Positions 39,884-53,100 of a stretch of 64,000 nt of DNA are shown piece by piece. The translations under genes were made by a program, and so were the position numbers. Origin of the DNA: Ophelia neglecta (taxonomy: Eukaryota); contig OZ260661.1 in NCBI GenBank assembly GCA_965285935.1, positions 107,756,001 through 107,820,000 on the forward strand, in the 5' to 3' direction. The notes below the pieces were generated by a model. That model was not told the DNA's origin, did not search any database, and saw nothing but the letters and a program-made list of their open reading frames with translations. The stretch's first letter is position 1. Each line of letters opens with the position of its first letter.

Positions 39884-41135
39884 TTTGCAGTACGTGTCAA
39901 CAGATCAATAGAATACATTTGCGACCAAACTTTCACGAAACCGCCGACATAAGGTGGATAAACGAGTAAAAACAAACCAGCATGGTAGACCGGAAGTTGT
40001 TTATTTTCACTAAATGGCACGCAGCAAAATGCGTTTAAAATAACGTGAGCAAAACACACGTGGTAATTATCTTTCTTTTTGGTATCAGCTGGGCTTGTTG
40101 AAAATTGAATATAGTGCTATGCATTTAAAACGTCTTTCTTTGCCCCTCCGCCCCCTTTTCAGCAACCTGCACTGGTAACACCGTCACGTGGTTTGAGTTT
40201 GGGCGCCTAGTAGCTTCACTCGAAAACCAGGTGTGCAGGAGTCTCCCCCTAGCGAGTCAGGGGAACTAATTTTTGTTCCACTACTTGATTAAAATAGCCG
40301 ATTATCTCCTTTTAGAAAAATATCTACCGAATAAAGAGGTAAACAGTCAGGTATTATTAGTATTGAGGATGTTGTATTGTGAAAGCTCATTTTGATGTGG
40401 GTCAATCATATATTCTCATCAGTAGGCCTATTGCTATTGACTTTTTCCACATAGGCCTATATATATATATATATATATATTATAAATAATTTTTGTTCAA
40501 ACTATTGACAAATATGAAATTGCCTTAGGCCTATACTATAGATAAATTGTGTTTAAATTTATGGCGGGGGGGGGGGGGGGGCCCTCCCCCCCAGGTGATA
40601 ATTTCTCACCGGTCCCTTCCCTAGTGATATCATATTTGTTCATCTATTTGACTTTAATCTTAGATTAATTTTATTTGCAGCCAGAGGACTTGGGGTTGAT
40701 GTTTGTGATACTGCCGAGCTGCAAGACGTTCCTGTTGACTTCGGACCAATTTAACGGCTATTTCCTGATAGATGATAGGGCATACATGTTTGTCTGCCAG
40801 ATACCCTCTCCCGTTTATCGTTAAACAGTCCTATCCCTGAATAGATTATAGCTGAATTATGTACACTTTTTCACAAACACTCATTACAAAATCTATACGC
40901 TCTACCATTTATCAAGTGCTCTTAAGTCTGATATTGCAAGTCAGGATTATAACATAGGCCAAATTGAATAAACAACAAGATCGTCGTATTAACCGTAGGC
41001 CTATACGTGAACGTTTTTGTTGTTGGTGTTGAAATGTGTGCTTGCTATCAGGTTGAACTTTGACAAACGCCAGGTCAACCACTGATAGTTTTAGACCCAG
41101 CAAGAAAGATTCAAAGCCTCAATAAGAGTTAAAAA
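39884..41135. promoter_or_regulatory. Divergent (head-to-head) promoter region between STYX and the M28B peptidase
   Basis: Start codons are 1.25 kb apart and face away from each other; ETS ACCGGAAGT 39989-39997, E-boxes CACGTG 40057-40062 and GTCACGTG 40183-40190, GC box ~40143-40155; CpG-rich. Confidence 0.6.
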
Positions 41136-44100
41136 ATGGAAGGAGATGCGGAGAAAATGCCATTGTTGCAGAGCATGTCAAAGAATGAAGAGAAGCAGGC
41201 AGCGGCAGGGGCTGGATCCAGCGAGGACCCCGCCACCATAGCCCGTCCCGAAGGTATAACCACTACCCAGGATATATCGGCAGTCATAACTGGTATACTC
41301 TACTCAACTTTAGCACTACCTTTATTATCACGGCTATCTATTCATTGATTTTGACATTTGGACCGAAGGTGTTATTGACAAATATGCCTTTGTATCATAG
41401 TAGGCCTGTTAGGCACATATTTTTTGGTAGGCTATACTACTCACATAAGTACAAATTCTATGTATACTATATACACACAAATTTATGCTGTTTGCCTATT
41501 CCCACAAATGAAAACTATTGTCGCAGTGTAGAGAAATCACTTTAGATCCTACATTAGTTTACTTCCATGGTTTAAAATAGTTGTCAGCCAAAACGTTGTT
41601 TGTGCCACATTGGCATGGATACTTGCCAGACAAGGTATTATCACTTATCACGTAAAATCTCATTAAGTCAGTCCAATATCTTCAGGAAACTAAGTTTGGT
41701 TTCGAATCGAACCGTTTCAGATCCAAAACCAAGCGAGGCGCCTGTGTCCAAGCGGGCTTTTATTGCAGTAGTCTTGGTAACTCTGATAGTCGGTGTGGGC
41801 GTAGGAATTTCGATAGGATATTTCGCCCTAACACCATCCGCACAGGAGAAGTTAATGGAGAAACTGACGGCGGATGCCAACCCAAGTATACAGCAGAAAT
41901 TACTGAACACTATATATTCTAAAAACATACGTGATTACCTCAAGTACGTGAGTTTTTTTTATGTCGTCCAAAGCTCAATTATTAGTGTAGTGTTCCGTCT
42001 TGTTTCGGGTCAGACAGATCTTTTTGAACCCCAAAATGTACATTTTCTCGGGCGTGATATGGAGTGACTTTCTATTAGGCCTAATCACATAATGAATAGG
42101 TTGTTTATTTCATTCATTCTTTAATTACGTGGGTGTCATTTACATACAGGTTCTTTAGAAGAACTGCTGCGAGGGCCCCGATATCAATTTCTCATTGATG
42201 AAAAGACCAAATTAAATAAAGGCATTTTTTTTTCATTAATTTTTGTATTGAATTGGAAAAATAAAAATAACTTGGAACAACATTTGTTTAAGCAGCTCGC
42301 CCACAACTCGCCATTCGTTATCTATTTTCACATGTATATCACGCAGGAAACTGACTGAGCACCCACACCTAGCCGGGACCCCAGCCGACAAGCAGCAAGC
42401 CGAAAAACTAGGTCAGTTCTGGGACGCCCTGGGTCTGAGAACGGAAGTGGTACCCTATCACGTGCTGCTGTCCTACCCGGACAAGGACAACCCTAACCGA
42501 ATAGAGCTACAGGACAGCTCAGGGGCCGTAGTTTACACCACCCAACTTGTAGAGAAAATCGTCCGACCGGAACAGAACCAGTCAGACGTGGTGCCGCCAT
42601 TTATCGCATATTCAGCACCTGGCACTCCTAAAGTTATTATTCTAATTTACAATTTTGACCAGTTTTAACGACATCATCTTGATGTCTTATACGGACGTGA
42701 TTAAATATAGGCCTACTCCATTACACTTGTTTTCTTTATGCATCGCTGATCAAAGTATCTAATAGACATATTAAACTTATTTAGTACAGGTTAACTCGTT
42801 CCAATCGTCAACTTCGGTCTTAGAACCACATTTTGTATATCGTTCATAAGTTTATTCATATAGGGCGATTTAATCTATGTGAACTATGGCACCATTGAAG
42901 ACTTCATGTGGCTGAGCGAGGAGCAGGGTGTGGATTTCAGTGATACAATTTGTATTGCCAGATATGGCCGTATTTTCAGAGGGGACAAGGTAACTTCCTT
43001 CCTAATTGGTTAGAAATATAGTTAATAAACACCAAGAATTTGTAAAATCGGACTGAAGGGTCCGGATGTGAAATAGCATAAAAAGTTCGATGCACAATAC
43101 AAAGAGACTCGCCCAATACCCAAAATATTGAAGCGATAACACGGCAGCAAAATTATAATCGGTGATCAGGGGACGCATTTAAAAATAGCAAGGGGCGGAT
43201 ATATTTTTCGAATAACACTTTCGAAAAAGTTGAAAAAACATAGGTCCGCCTTGTTTCCACGTTTGTTGCATCAACTTTTGTTTTTTTTGTAAAAGAAATG
43301 CTTGTTTATTCTCCCTAGAAATTTTCTAGCCAGCGACTCTTCATTTAAGACCCCATAAGCCGATAGGTAACCGTACATCCGATTGTATATCACACCGAAA
43401 ACTTCTGCTCGGTTGGCTGCCCCCCCCACCCCCCCCCCCCCCGTCCCGCGTGTTGTGGAAGAGAACACAGCGACATCTAAAGTTCTCTAATGTGGAACTG
43501 CCACTCAGGGTTGTGAAATTCATGTCCCTGCGGAAATGGATAATGTAGTCCCTAACTAAAGGAACCATGGAAAATTATCATTACCATGGTAACCGGACTA
43601 TTTTGAGGGCACTATTTCTGTTATTATATAGGAATCTACTAGCTATACTTAACAAACGATTATTTTATGATGAAGAATGTTTTCGCAAATTTAAGCATTT
43701 TGAACCTCTTGAACATTAAAAAGCAGTTACATTTCTGCCAACTGAGGTTCATTGTACAAATAAGATCCATATTAATGAATATATTTAGCAAACAGTTGGC
43801 TGCAGACGTTTATTCGCTGTGTCACTTTTTAGGCGAAGAACGCTGAGCTTTACAATGCCACCGGCCTGATATTGTACACCGACCCACGTGATTACGCCCC
43901 GGCGGGGTTGAGCGAGGTGTACCCAGAGAGTTGGCAATTACCCGGCACCGGGGTTCAGCGAGGCTCGATCTTCTTGATTGATTGAATTGATTGAATTGAG
44001 TTTATTTGGTGCTACATAGACATCACATCAACATGTACAAACTAGCAATACATTGGTAACGAAACAAAGTAACACCAGGACGCCAGTAATAGCCGAGGCC

Positions 44101-47100
44101 GTGAGGACTGGACGCCCTATGACATTTATACATATATACAGGGGAAAAATGAACATGACATTCAAAATGATTGATATTATTATGAACAGATTTACAATAA
44201 AACAGCTATATCTTAAATAAATCAGCAGAAACAAAGATCTGTGAAAATGAAGGCAACACTGGACGTCATAGTGTATTGTCAAATATGATTATACTTAGTT
44301 AACGATGACCGTAAAATTCAACATACGAAGATAAATCACGATGGAGCAAACATTGTGTAATCATAATCTGTCAACGACAAAAGGCAAATAATATCAATAG
44401 TAATATGGTAGCTAATTAGATACTCCTAAATTACGCAGGAAATAAACAGTAATCAACATACTGTTACAATCGGTGGCACAAAACGCATGCAAATTATCAA
44501 AATAAAAAACATCCATTGAGCATCTTATAAGCAGTTCTAAGTTAAGCAGTAATAAACTGTTACGATGCGCTGCATCACGTGACATGGCATAAATTTTAAA
44601 TTATTGTGCACTTTGTAAACTATTACTTTTGACATTGTCGTGACTGTACTTCACCCACTGAGCATGTTGTCAGTCAACAAACACAGTCACCGATCGCCTG
44701 AACCAGTTGTCAGACCCTGACTGTCGTGACTGTACTTCACTCACTGAGCCTGTTGTCAGTCAACAAAGACAGTCACCGATCGCCTGAACCAGTTGTCAGA
44801 CTCAATGTCTACATGATTATCATAATGCATGTCTGCAGAGTATCTCTTACGATGTTACGATGCGTTGCATCACGTGACATGGCATTAATTACATATCATT
44901 GTGCACCATGTAAGCTATTACTTTGACATTGTCATGACAGAACTTCACTCACTGAGCCTGTTGTCAGTCAGCAAAGACAGTCACCGATCGTCTGAACCAG
45001 TTGTCAGACTCAATGTCTACAATATTTATCATAATACACGTCTGTAGAATACCAAGCTCAACATGAATTGAGAATACAACAAACAGTTGTGAATTAAGCA
45101 GGAATAACCTATTAAATTCGTTGAATATTAGGCAAAATTTTTATGGAGAGTGGTGGTTCTGTGACATGCATAACAATTGGACATATAACATTTATCGTTA
45201 TACTGTTCAAGAAGAGCCTTTTTAAGTTCAGTTTTGTTTTTGTTGCACCACTTCTTAGCAGTGATGAAACTATTCACAAGGTGTATTTTATAGGAAATAC
45301 ACTGTCGCAGAACATTCGTTCTCATGTTTGGCAATTCAATACCAGTTCTGTTCCTAGTGTTATACCTGTGAGAAGTCGCATTGGTCACTAGACGCTGGAC
45401 AATAAACCTGGGGCAGTCACCAACCAAGGCCTTATTGTACAGGGAAACACACTGTTTTATAAACAAGTCTTCAAGTTTAAGGATGCGAAGTCTTTTAAAA
45501 ATAGGGTCGGTATGAGAAATGAAATGTTCCTTATCGATAATACGCATGGACCTCTTTTGCAAAGACGATAATCGGTTTGTGTTAGATGAATAGTCATTGT
45601 GCCACACCAGAAGGCCATATGTAAGGTGTGGTTGAATCAAGGCAGAATAAATAATTTTTAGAACATCACCAGGGAGCTGGAATTTGAGTCGATTTAGAAT
45701 ACCGTTAAGTTGAGCAAGCTTTTTGCATTTAATATCTGTATTTGTTTGCCAATTTAGGTGCTGGTCAAACCAAATACCAAGAAATTTATAGTGTTGAACT
45801 TGTTCAAGTATATTGCCGTCCAATTCAACCGTCAATGTGCGATGATAGGTGGGTAGCGCTTTTTGAGGATTGCGAAAAATTATATATTTAGTTTTCTTTA
45901 TGTTGAGGGATAATTTATTAGCTTTCAACCATTCGTGCACCGCGTCAATTCCTATGTTCATGTCGTAGTATAAATCAATTAGGTCTCTGTTTGTAAATGT
46001 GAGGCTTGTGTCATCAGCAAATAGAATATCTTTTGAGGTGTTTGAGGCTTCGCATAGGTCGTTCACATATAATAGGAACAATAACGGTCCAAGAATGGAT
46101 CCTTGTGGTACACCACAATTTATAGCCATCAATCGTGAGGAGTGTCCATTGTATGTTACGAATTGCTTACGACAAGACAGGTAGCTTTCTATTAATTTTA
46201 AACACTTTCCTCTAATACCGTAGTACTGTAGCTTATATAGAAGAGTTGAATGGTCAAGCGTGTCGAACGCCTTAGATAAGTCTATGAAAATTGTTGAGAC
46301 TAAGGCCTTATTGTCGAGGCCTTTGGCTATGTGGTCAAGTAGTTCCAGAGCGGCGTGCTCTGTGGAATGCTTAGAACGAAAGCCATATTGGGAGGCGTAA
46401 ATTATTTTATATTTTTCTAGGAATTGAACAAGTCTATTATACAGAAGTCTTTCGAAAACTTTTGATATCGAAGGTAGCAGAGATATTGGGCGGTAATTTG
46501 TGAATTTAGAATGGTCTTCATTTTTAAAGATAGGTATCACTTTGGCAACTTTTGCAGAGTTCGGAAATATTCCCATTCTTATCATGGAGTTGAAAATCTT
46601 GACAAGGACATGTCCTATAGGATTAATGGTCATTTTCAGTAGTTTAGGAGTGATGTTGTCAGCACCACAGCTAGATTTAGGTTTCATTTTATCGACAATT
46701 TTTAGAATTTCTGTAAAATTGGTATCCCGAATAAATATGCTATTTGTAGAAGGCTTCTTGAGGTAAGAGCTAAAGCTACGCGTAGGAGTTATTTGTTCAG
46801 ATAGAGATGAGCCTACATTAGCGAAGAAAATATTAAAATTGTTCACTATTTCTACTGGGTCGGTTAATTTTTTATTATTTCGGTCGTAAAATATAGTTTG
46901 TATATTCTTCGAATTATTTTTATTTAGGACGACTCTAATGTTGTCCCATGTTCGTTTAATGTCATTTCTGGTGTTCTGAAAACGTTGATGCCAGTGCGAC
47001 TCTTTGGCTAACTTTATCACCTTATTCAATAAAGATCTATAAGCCAAATATTTCCTGTCAAGTTGCTCAAAGCCAGGAAGATGTTTACTCTTAGCACGTT

Positions 47101-50100
47101 TTCTACCGAGGAAGTCCCGATTTTGTGTCGATTTGAGTATACCTAGAGTAACCCAGGGGTGAATTTTGTGCTTATATTTATTAAAGCGTACTTGTACTTC
47201 GGGTATTATTTCATCTAGTGTGGCATTATATTTGTCTATGAATAGATCATATGCCTTGTCCGGATCATTATCAGCAACACAAACAACATCATCCCATATT
47301 AATGAAGACAGAGCCTGTTTAAACTGTGCAATGTTCTGATCAGTTAGTTTCCTGTACTTTACATAGTTGGGTGATGTAGTCTCTTTCGGCTTCATTTCAT
47401 ACATAAAGAGAAAATTCGGGAAGTGATCTGAGATTTGGGTGGTAAGGGTACCAGTCGTGAAGGAGAGTAAGGGGTGATGTTTTAGAAATATATGATCAAT
47501 GAGAGTTGCTGAAGATGTAGTAACTCTGGTGGGCAATGTGATCAATGGAATATAACTGTTGCTGATGAACATGTCTAGATAGTCATTAGTTTCATTGTGC
47601 AATGAGACCTTGAGAAAATCTACATTCATATCCCCACATATAACACAGTGCTTACCCTCTCCCTCAATTTGACAGATCCGCTGTTCAATAATTTTAGTAA
47701 GATCATGAATATTGCGTTTACTTGGCGACCTATAGACAGTACCAATTATGATATTGTGATTGGACGCGGCGCCGGAAGATATTTCAACAAATTCTTGGAT
47801 GACCCCACCTCGCCAGGCTACCCAGATATAGGTATTGCAAAATTACACTGGCGCCTTGAGTCGACCGTTCTGTAGATAGTGCTTAATACAGTAAGGCCAT
47901 TGATAAACATTGAATGTATTATTGAGCCGATCAAGATAAAAAGGTTGCTGTATTACTACTGATTTCGGGAAAACTAACTGCTAGACCGCAAAGTTCTTTT
48001 TAATTTTCTTAATATTGTCCCTTTGCATTTTTCTTTGACATGTAATGAAACAGATGGAGACATTTGTGACAGTTTTACCTGGGTGACCAAATTCTGTTAG
48101 TGACTATATCTTGTCCGACAAAAAATTGCACCCGTTCCTTTTCCACAGTTTCATTTTAACAGGCTCCAGAAAACTATTATGTTTACAACAAAGGTCCCTA
48201 CAAATACCAGGAGGACGGGTAACATGAAATGTTTGCAAATTGTCCTTGCCATTCTACAGATTTCATTAGAATGCCTCTCGAGCAGTTATAGATTAACGTT
48301 TTGATTATACCACCTATCTATCACCCGAACAGAGAGTGCTCATTGGATAAAGGAAGAAGATTCTGGTCTACCCAGAATTCCGGTACACCCAATCGGATAT
48401 GACGACGCCTATCATCTGCTCAGGTTATCCCTTACATACAAACAAATGGCTAAGGTATTTCATGTTTGTGTTATTGTTTATCTTTCCAACTATTTTATTA
48501 TTAAGTTAATCAAATTCCCTCTGTTTTTTCTCTCTAGTCGTATTGGTGGACAGAATGCCCCTGATGATTGGCAGGGAGATCTTAACTTTACTTATAAACT
48601 GGGTCCAGGCTTTACTGAACCAAACTGGTAAGTTCTGGCGAATGATCAGCCATGAAGTTGGAAACACTAAATTAATATCCCTTAAATGACTTTATACTTA
48701 TTCATAGAAGGGAATTTAAGACTGAAGTGCAGTACCAATCATTTGTTTTGTAGGAAGGTTCAGATGCACATATCAACGAGTAACAGAAATGCCACCATCT
48801 ATAACACTTTCGGTTTCATTAAGGGAAATGTAGAGCCAGGTGAGAAAGAGCCAGAAGGTGCCTATACATCCACTACCATTGAGGGATGGCAGTTTATAAG
48901 GGCCCGGTCACTAATTGTCAGGAGGTGGTGGTGGTTCGGGGTAAAAAATTTGCACAATTGAATTTCCACTTATAACCCCCCACCCTAAAGTATGTGAATA
49001 AATTTGATGACCTCCCTCATGATTGAAAAAGAAACTGATAAACCTCCCTATCGAAAATCAAAATTACTATTACTGACTGATATCGAATATTGACACCCGC
49101 CTTTTGGGGGACACTGGGGGGGTGGGGGGGGGGGGGATTCAGTTATATCAACTTGAGCTTTAAAATCAGAAAAAGGGAAATTCAAGAGTGCCATTGAATC
49201 AAATATTTTGGACCCTTTGCTTATGATTTCCTATATATGGTCATTATAGTGCATTTGATATGTCCATCTTGCATCATTAGCCATTAAGAGGCAAAGGTAG
49301 ACTCAATTCAGTTTTATATTGGAATCAGACCAATGTCAATTTAATATCACCAATAGGCTCCTTGTACATGCATATGACTTCCTATCAGTTGTAAATATTT
49401 TGCACCGTTGTGCCGTTTCTAGACGGGTAGGTATTCGGTATTGGTAAATTGACCTTGAACAAAAGGTCAAATTTAATATCAACTCTATATTCCTAATTTG
49501 ATTTTTTAATGAGGTCAAGGTCAAAATAAAATGGCGTCAAATACCTCTATAATGATTTCTTATTAGTGAACAATGAATTCGATACACCTATCTTACACTG
49601 TTCAGGATCTAGACTCGCAATAAAAACATTAATCGTCTCGATTGACTTTGAAAATGAGACTCATAGTCATATTCAAGATCATCACTGGATTCCTTGAATG
49701 TGATTTCCTATTAGTGTTCAATACGTTTGACCTGCATATCTTGCATCGTTAAGACATGAGAGGGCATTGCAGATTAACTTTTATGTTCGGAAATATGTTA
49801 ACATTGTCATTACATCAAAGTTGGTCAAACGTTACGCTTTGTACAACTTTTGTACAGGGTTTGCTGAGAAATTGCAATTGTAGGCCTATTGATGAATGGT
49901 TATCGGACAACATGATTTAACGAGCTCAGCTTAGCTTTTCACCCCCCCCCCCCCCCCCCCCGAAATTACCCTCCGCCTCCGTCTGATAATTAGTAATCGG
50001 CTCCTCAATGTAATGTAAACTTAAATGTGTTCAAAGATATCTGAAGAAGGGATACCATCAGAAGAAATTATAGAGGCGCATATTTGTTTTCTTTTTCAAC

Positions 50101-53100
50101 ACAGACCGATATGTATTGTTGGGAAACCATCGAGATGCCTGGGTGTTCGGAGCAGTCGATCCCACAAGTGGCACAGCAGTTATGATGGAACTATCCAGGG
50201 CAATGGCCGAACTGGTTAAAGAAGGTCACTCATCAATATGACTTTTTTTTAAAACATATTACACTGGCGTGTTTCTAACTTTCCTCTAGCGGCTTACTTG
50301 ATTTCACGCATGCACACTCCTGTCATTTTTCACACAGGTTGGCAACCCCGTAGAACTATAGTTTTCTGTAGCTGGGGGGCAGAGGAATTTGGTATAATAG
50401 GGTCCAGAGAGTGGGTCGAGGTATGACACATACATCTTGATACGCCATGCTCATAAAATACTAACCAACTATGTACCATTTTCTAAAGAAGTAGAGTTAT
50501 TGGAGCTATAACCCAGGGTTTTTTCTGGTAGATCCGACAAATGGGATTGTGGTTACGATAAACAGTTTTTATAAATATAATTTGCAGCATGTTGGTCAGC
50601 TCCTCGGAGATCGGGCAGTGGCTTATTTAAATGTGGATACTGCTGTAAATGGTAAATCGTCCATGCATCCGCGTACACAAAATAATGTGTTAAAAGCAAT
50701 TTACCTTCTCTGGCTTTTTGCACGCAACGTACCCATATTGATTTCGAAAGAAACGGATGTAAATCCACCCTTAACAGACTTTATTCTTGACTAGGAACGA
50801 CTTAAATAATATCCACCTAGAATGACCTATAAAATAAATATAATTGTCCTTCGTATATGAATGCTTCTTTAATTCTGGTTTTGGAACTTCCTAAAGGTAA
50901 TCACACTTTCCAAGGCAGAGGTCTTCCAATGATGTTTGATCTGATGTTTGATGTCGCAAAAACGGTAAGTATAGTACCACAGGCCTCCCTCTATAGCAAC
51001 GCAACATCCTACTGCCTTATCGTATAGTTACAGATGTGCAATGAAAACTTACTAAATGAAATAAAATGAGTTTTGGTGGTATATATATTCAATTGTGTGG
51101 AATATACAAAGGTTTTATTTGGTAAATCTGTCATACCAAGGTTCCCAATCCTAACGGGGAAGAGATTGCCAATGGTAGGCCGACTATGTATGATACCTGG
51201 TTGGCCGAACTCCCGGAGACGGGCCCTTCTGGTCCTACTGGCAGGCCATGGTAAGTTTACAATCCAGAAACATATATGATAAGTTCTTAAGGCCTATTAA
51301 AACAGAAAAAATCATACCTATTGAAATATTTTGTGCTTAGGTCGACTCCAATGAAGATCAGATTCAGACACATAACCAAAAATTTCTATTAATATTGAAA
51401 TAATAACATAACACAATTAACCAAATAGTTTAGTTCTTAAAAACAGTTTCAAAATCTCAATTATTATTGTAGTTAGGCGACCCCTTGCTAAATCATTTAA
51501 CAGAGATTATAAATAGTAATTTACAGAAATATTGTTAGAACTCCAGTTTGTTGCTATTATTGCCTTTGCGTAATTTCAACAGTTATGCTCTTCGGTCTCG
51601 CACAAAACCACAATCGAACAGATAATTATCATAACCAAAGCAGCGATAGGTTAACATGCTTTAACACGACGGGCAATATTGATTCTTGTAGTTATACCGG
51701 AACATAATTTAGTCACGTGTAAATTTATATTGCAATTTTGACTATGATGACGACTTTTATCAATATACCTATATGTTACACGCAATTTCCCGATCTGCGC
51801 GATCTTAGAATTGCGCAGCACAAAGTACCGATCGCCACTTCGCGCGGCAATCTTAAGATCGCGCCCTCGTCCTAACACTGCGCAGCGCAATCATCCGAAT
51901 GATCACGGAAGCTCCATAGTACAATTAGGCCCTTTTGGGGTCGATATGGTTGATAACTCCAACACCCTCCTGTCTGTGCCCGGGAATAGAGCTGCTGGCA
52001 GATTGACCCTTAGAAATTTGCTGGTCCCAGAGTCACTACTTGTCTGAAACACAAGGAACATTGTAGCAAGGTAAACAACTACACCAGTGCACTGGTGATT
52101 AATCTCAAAGTTATTACACACAAACTTGGATTTAATTTATCTAAACCTAGCACTGCACAATCTTCAGATTGCCCTGCACAATCCTAAGATAACCCGGCAC
52201 AGTCATTAAATTATCAGAACTATTAAATGCTATGTAGCATTAAGAGGGCCCGAAGTAACTTTCAATTATCAAAACTTTGCCTTTATTTAAAACTATATCG
52301 TACTAAACTACATTCGTGATTGTTCATCAAGTCACGCGTTTATTGTTTTCACACCTGTTAGCAGCGACCGGCCCCGTTTTTAGATAGTCATCAAATGGCG
52401 CGTTTGGTTTTTTTCTACACTTGTTTAATTGTTTACATCGCCGAAGCACGGTCCATCACCGACAACTTCCATCGAAAAGCCAATGGCAACCAAAGGTAGG
52501 CGTGGCTTATATCTACATCTTATTAGGGTGTTACGACGATACTACAATGTAGTCTAGATATATCCTACGATTTAGTAAGGATTGCTGAAGACCGCTTACT
52601 TGCGATTAAAGGGGCGATTTCATTGAACAAGCATATTATTTTTAAAACGGGAAATATTAGGCTACAACAGCGAAGTTATGGTGAGAAGCAGGGTTGATTG
52701 GACATTTCATGTCGATCAGAAGATTGCGCAGATAGTTAAATTGCGCAGTGCGATCTTTAGATTGCCGCGCCAAGTTAGGATCCGTCCTTTGAGCTGCACA
52801 ATCTTAAGATCGCGCGGATCGGTAGATAGCGCGTAACATATATATAAACACATTATCTAGTGGTAATTTCATTTCTACATGAGCAACTGCACGCCTACAA
52901 ATGGCTTATATGAGCATGAATCCGAAGGAGGGGTGCTGAGGTGGGACATAATTATGTTAGTGTATATTATGCTGATAATTATCAACCTACACTGCTATCA
53001 CATAAAGTAACTATCAATATGCAATACAAAATAGTTTTCAACAGTGTGTCAAATTTCCGCCGCGAACGACGTCAAAACTTTCGCTTGTAATGTAATGGGA

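Larger units (their letters stand above)
43977..47791 (-). mobile_element. 5'-truncated non-LTR retrotransposon (CR1/L2 group, possibly Crack-like) inserted antisense in coding exon 5
   Basis: TSD TTCTTG at 43971-43976 and 47792-47797; minus-strand AATAAA (44001-44006) followed by a (TCAA/TTCAA)n tail; ~1.15-kb 3' UTR; uninterrupted ORF2. Confidence 0.95.

Noticed and set aside
43977-47791. Idea that the LINE is a precisely spliced new intron
   Set aside because: The plus-strand boundaries are ATTG...CAAA with a TTCTTG TSD; there is no GT/GC-AG pair at the junctions
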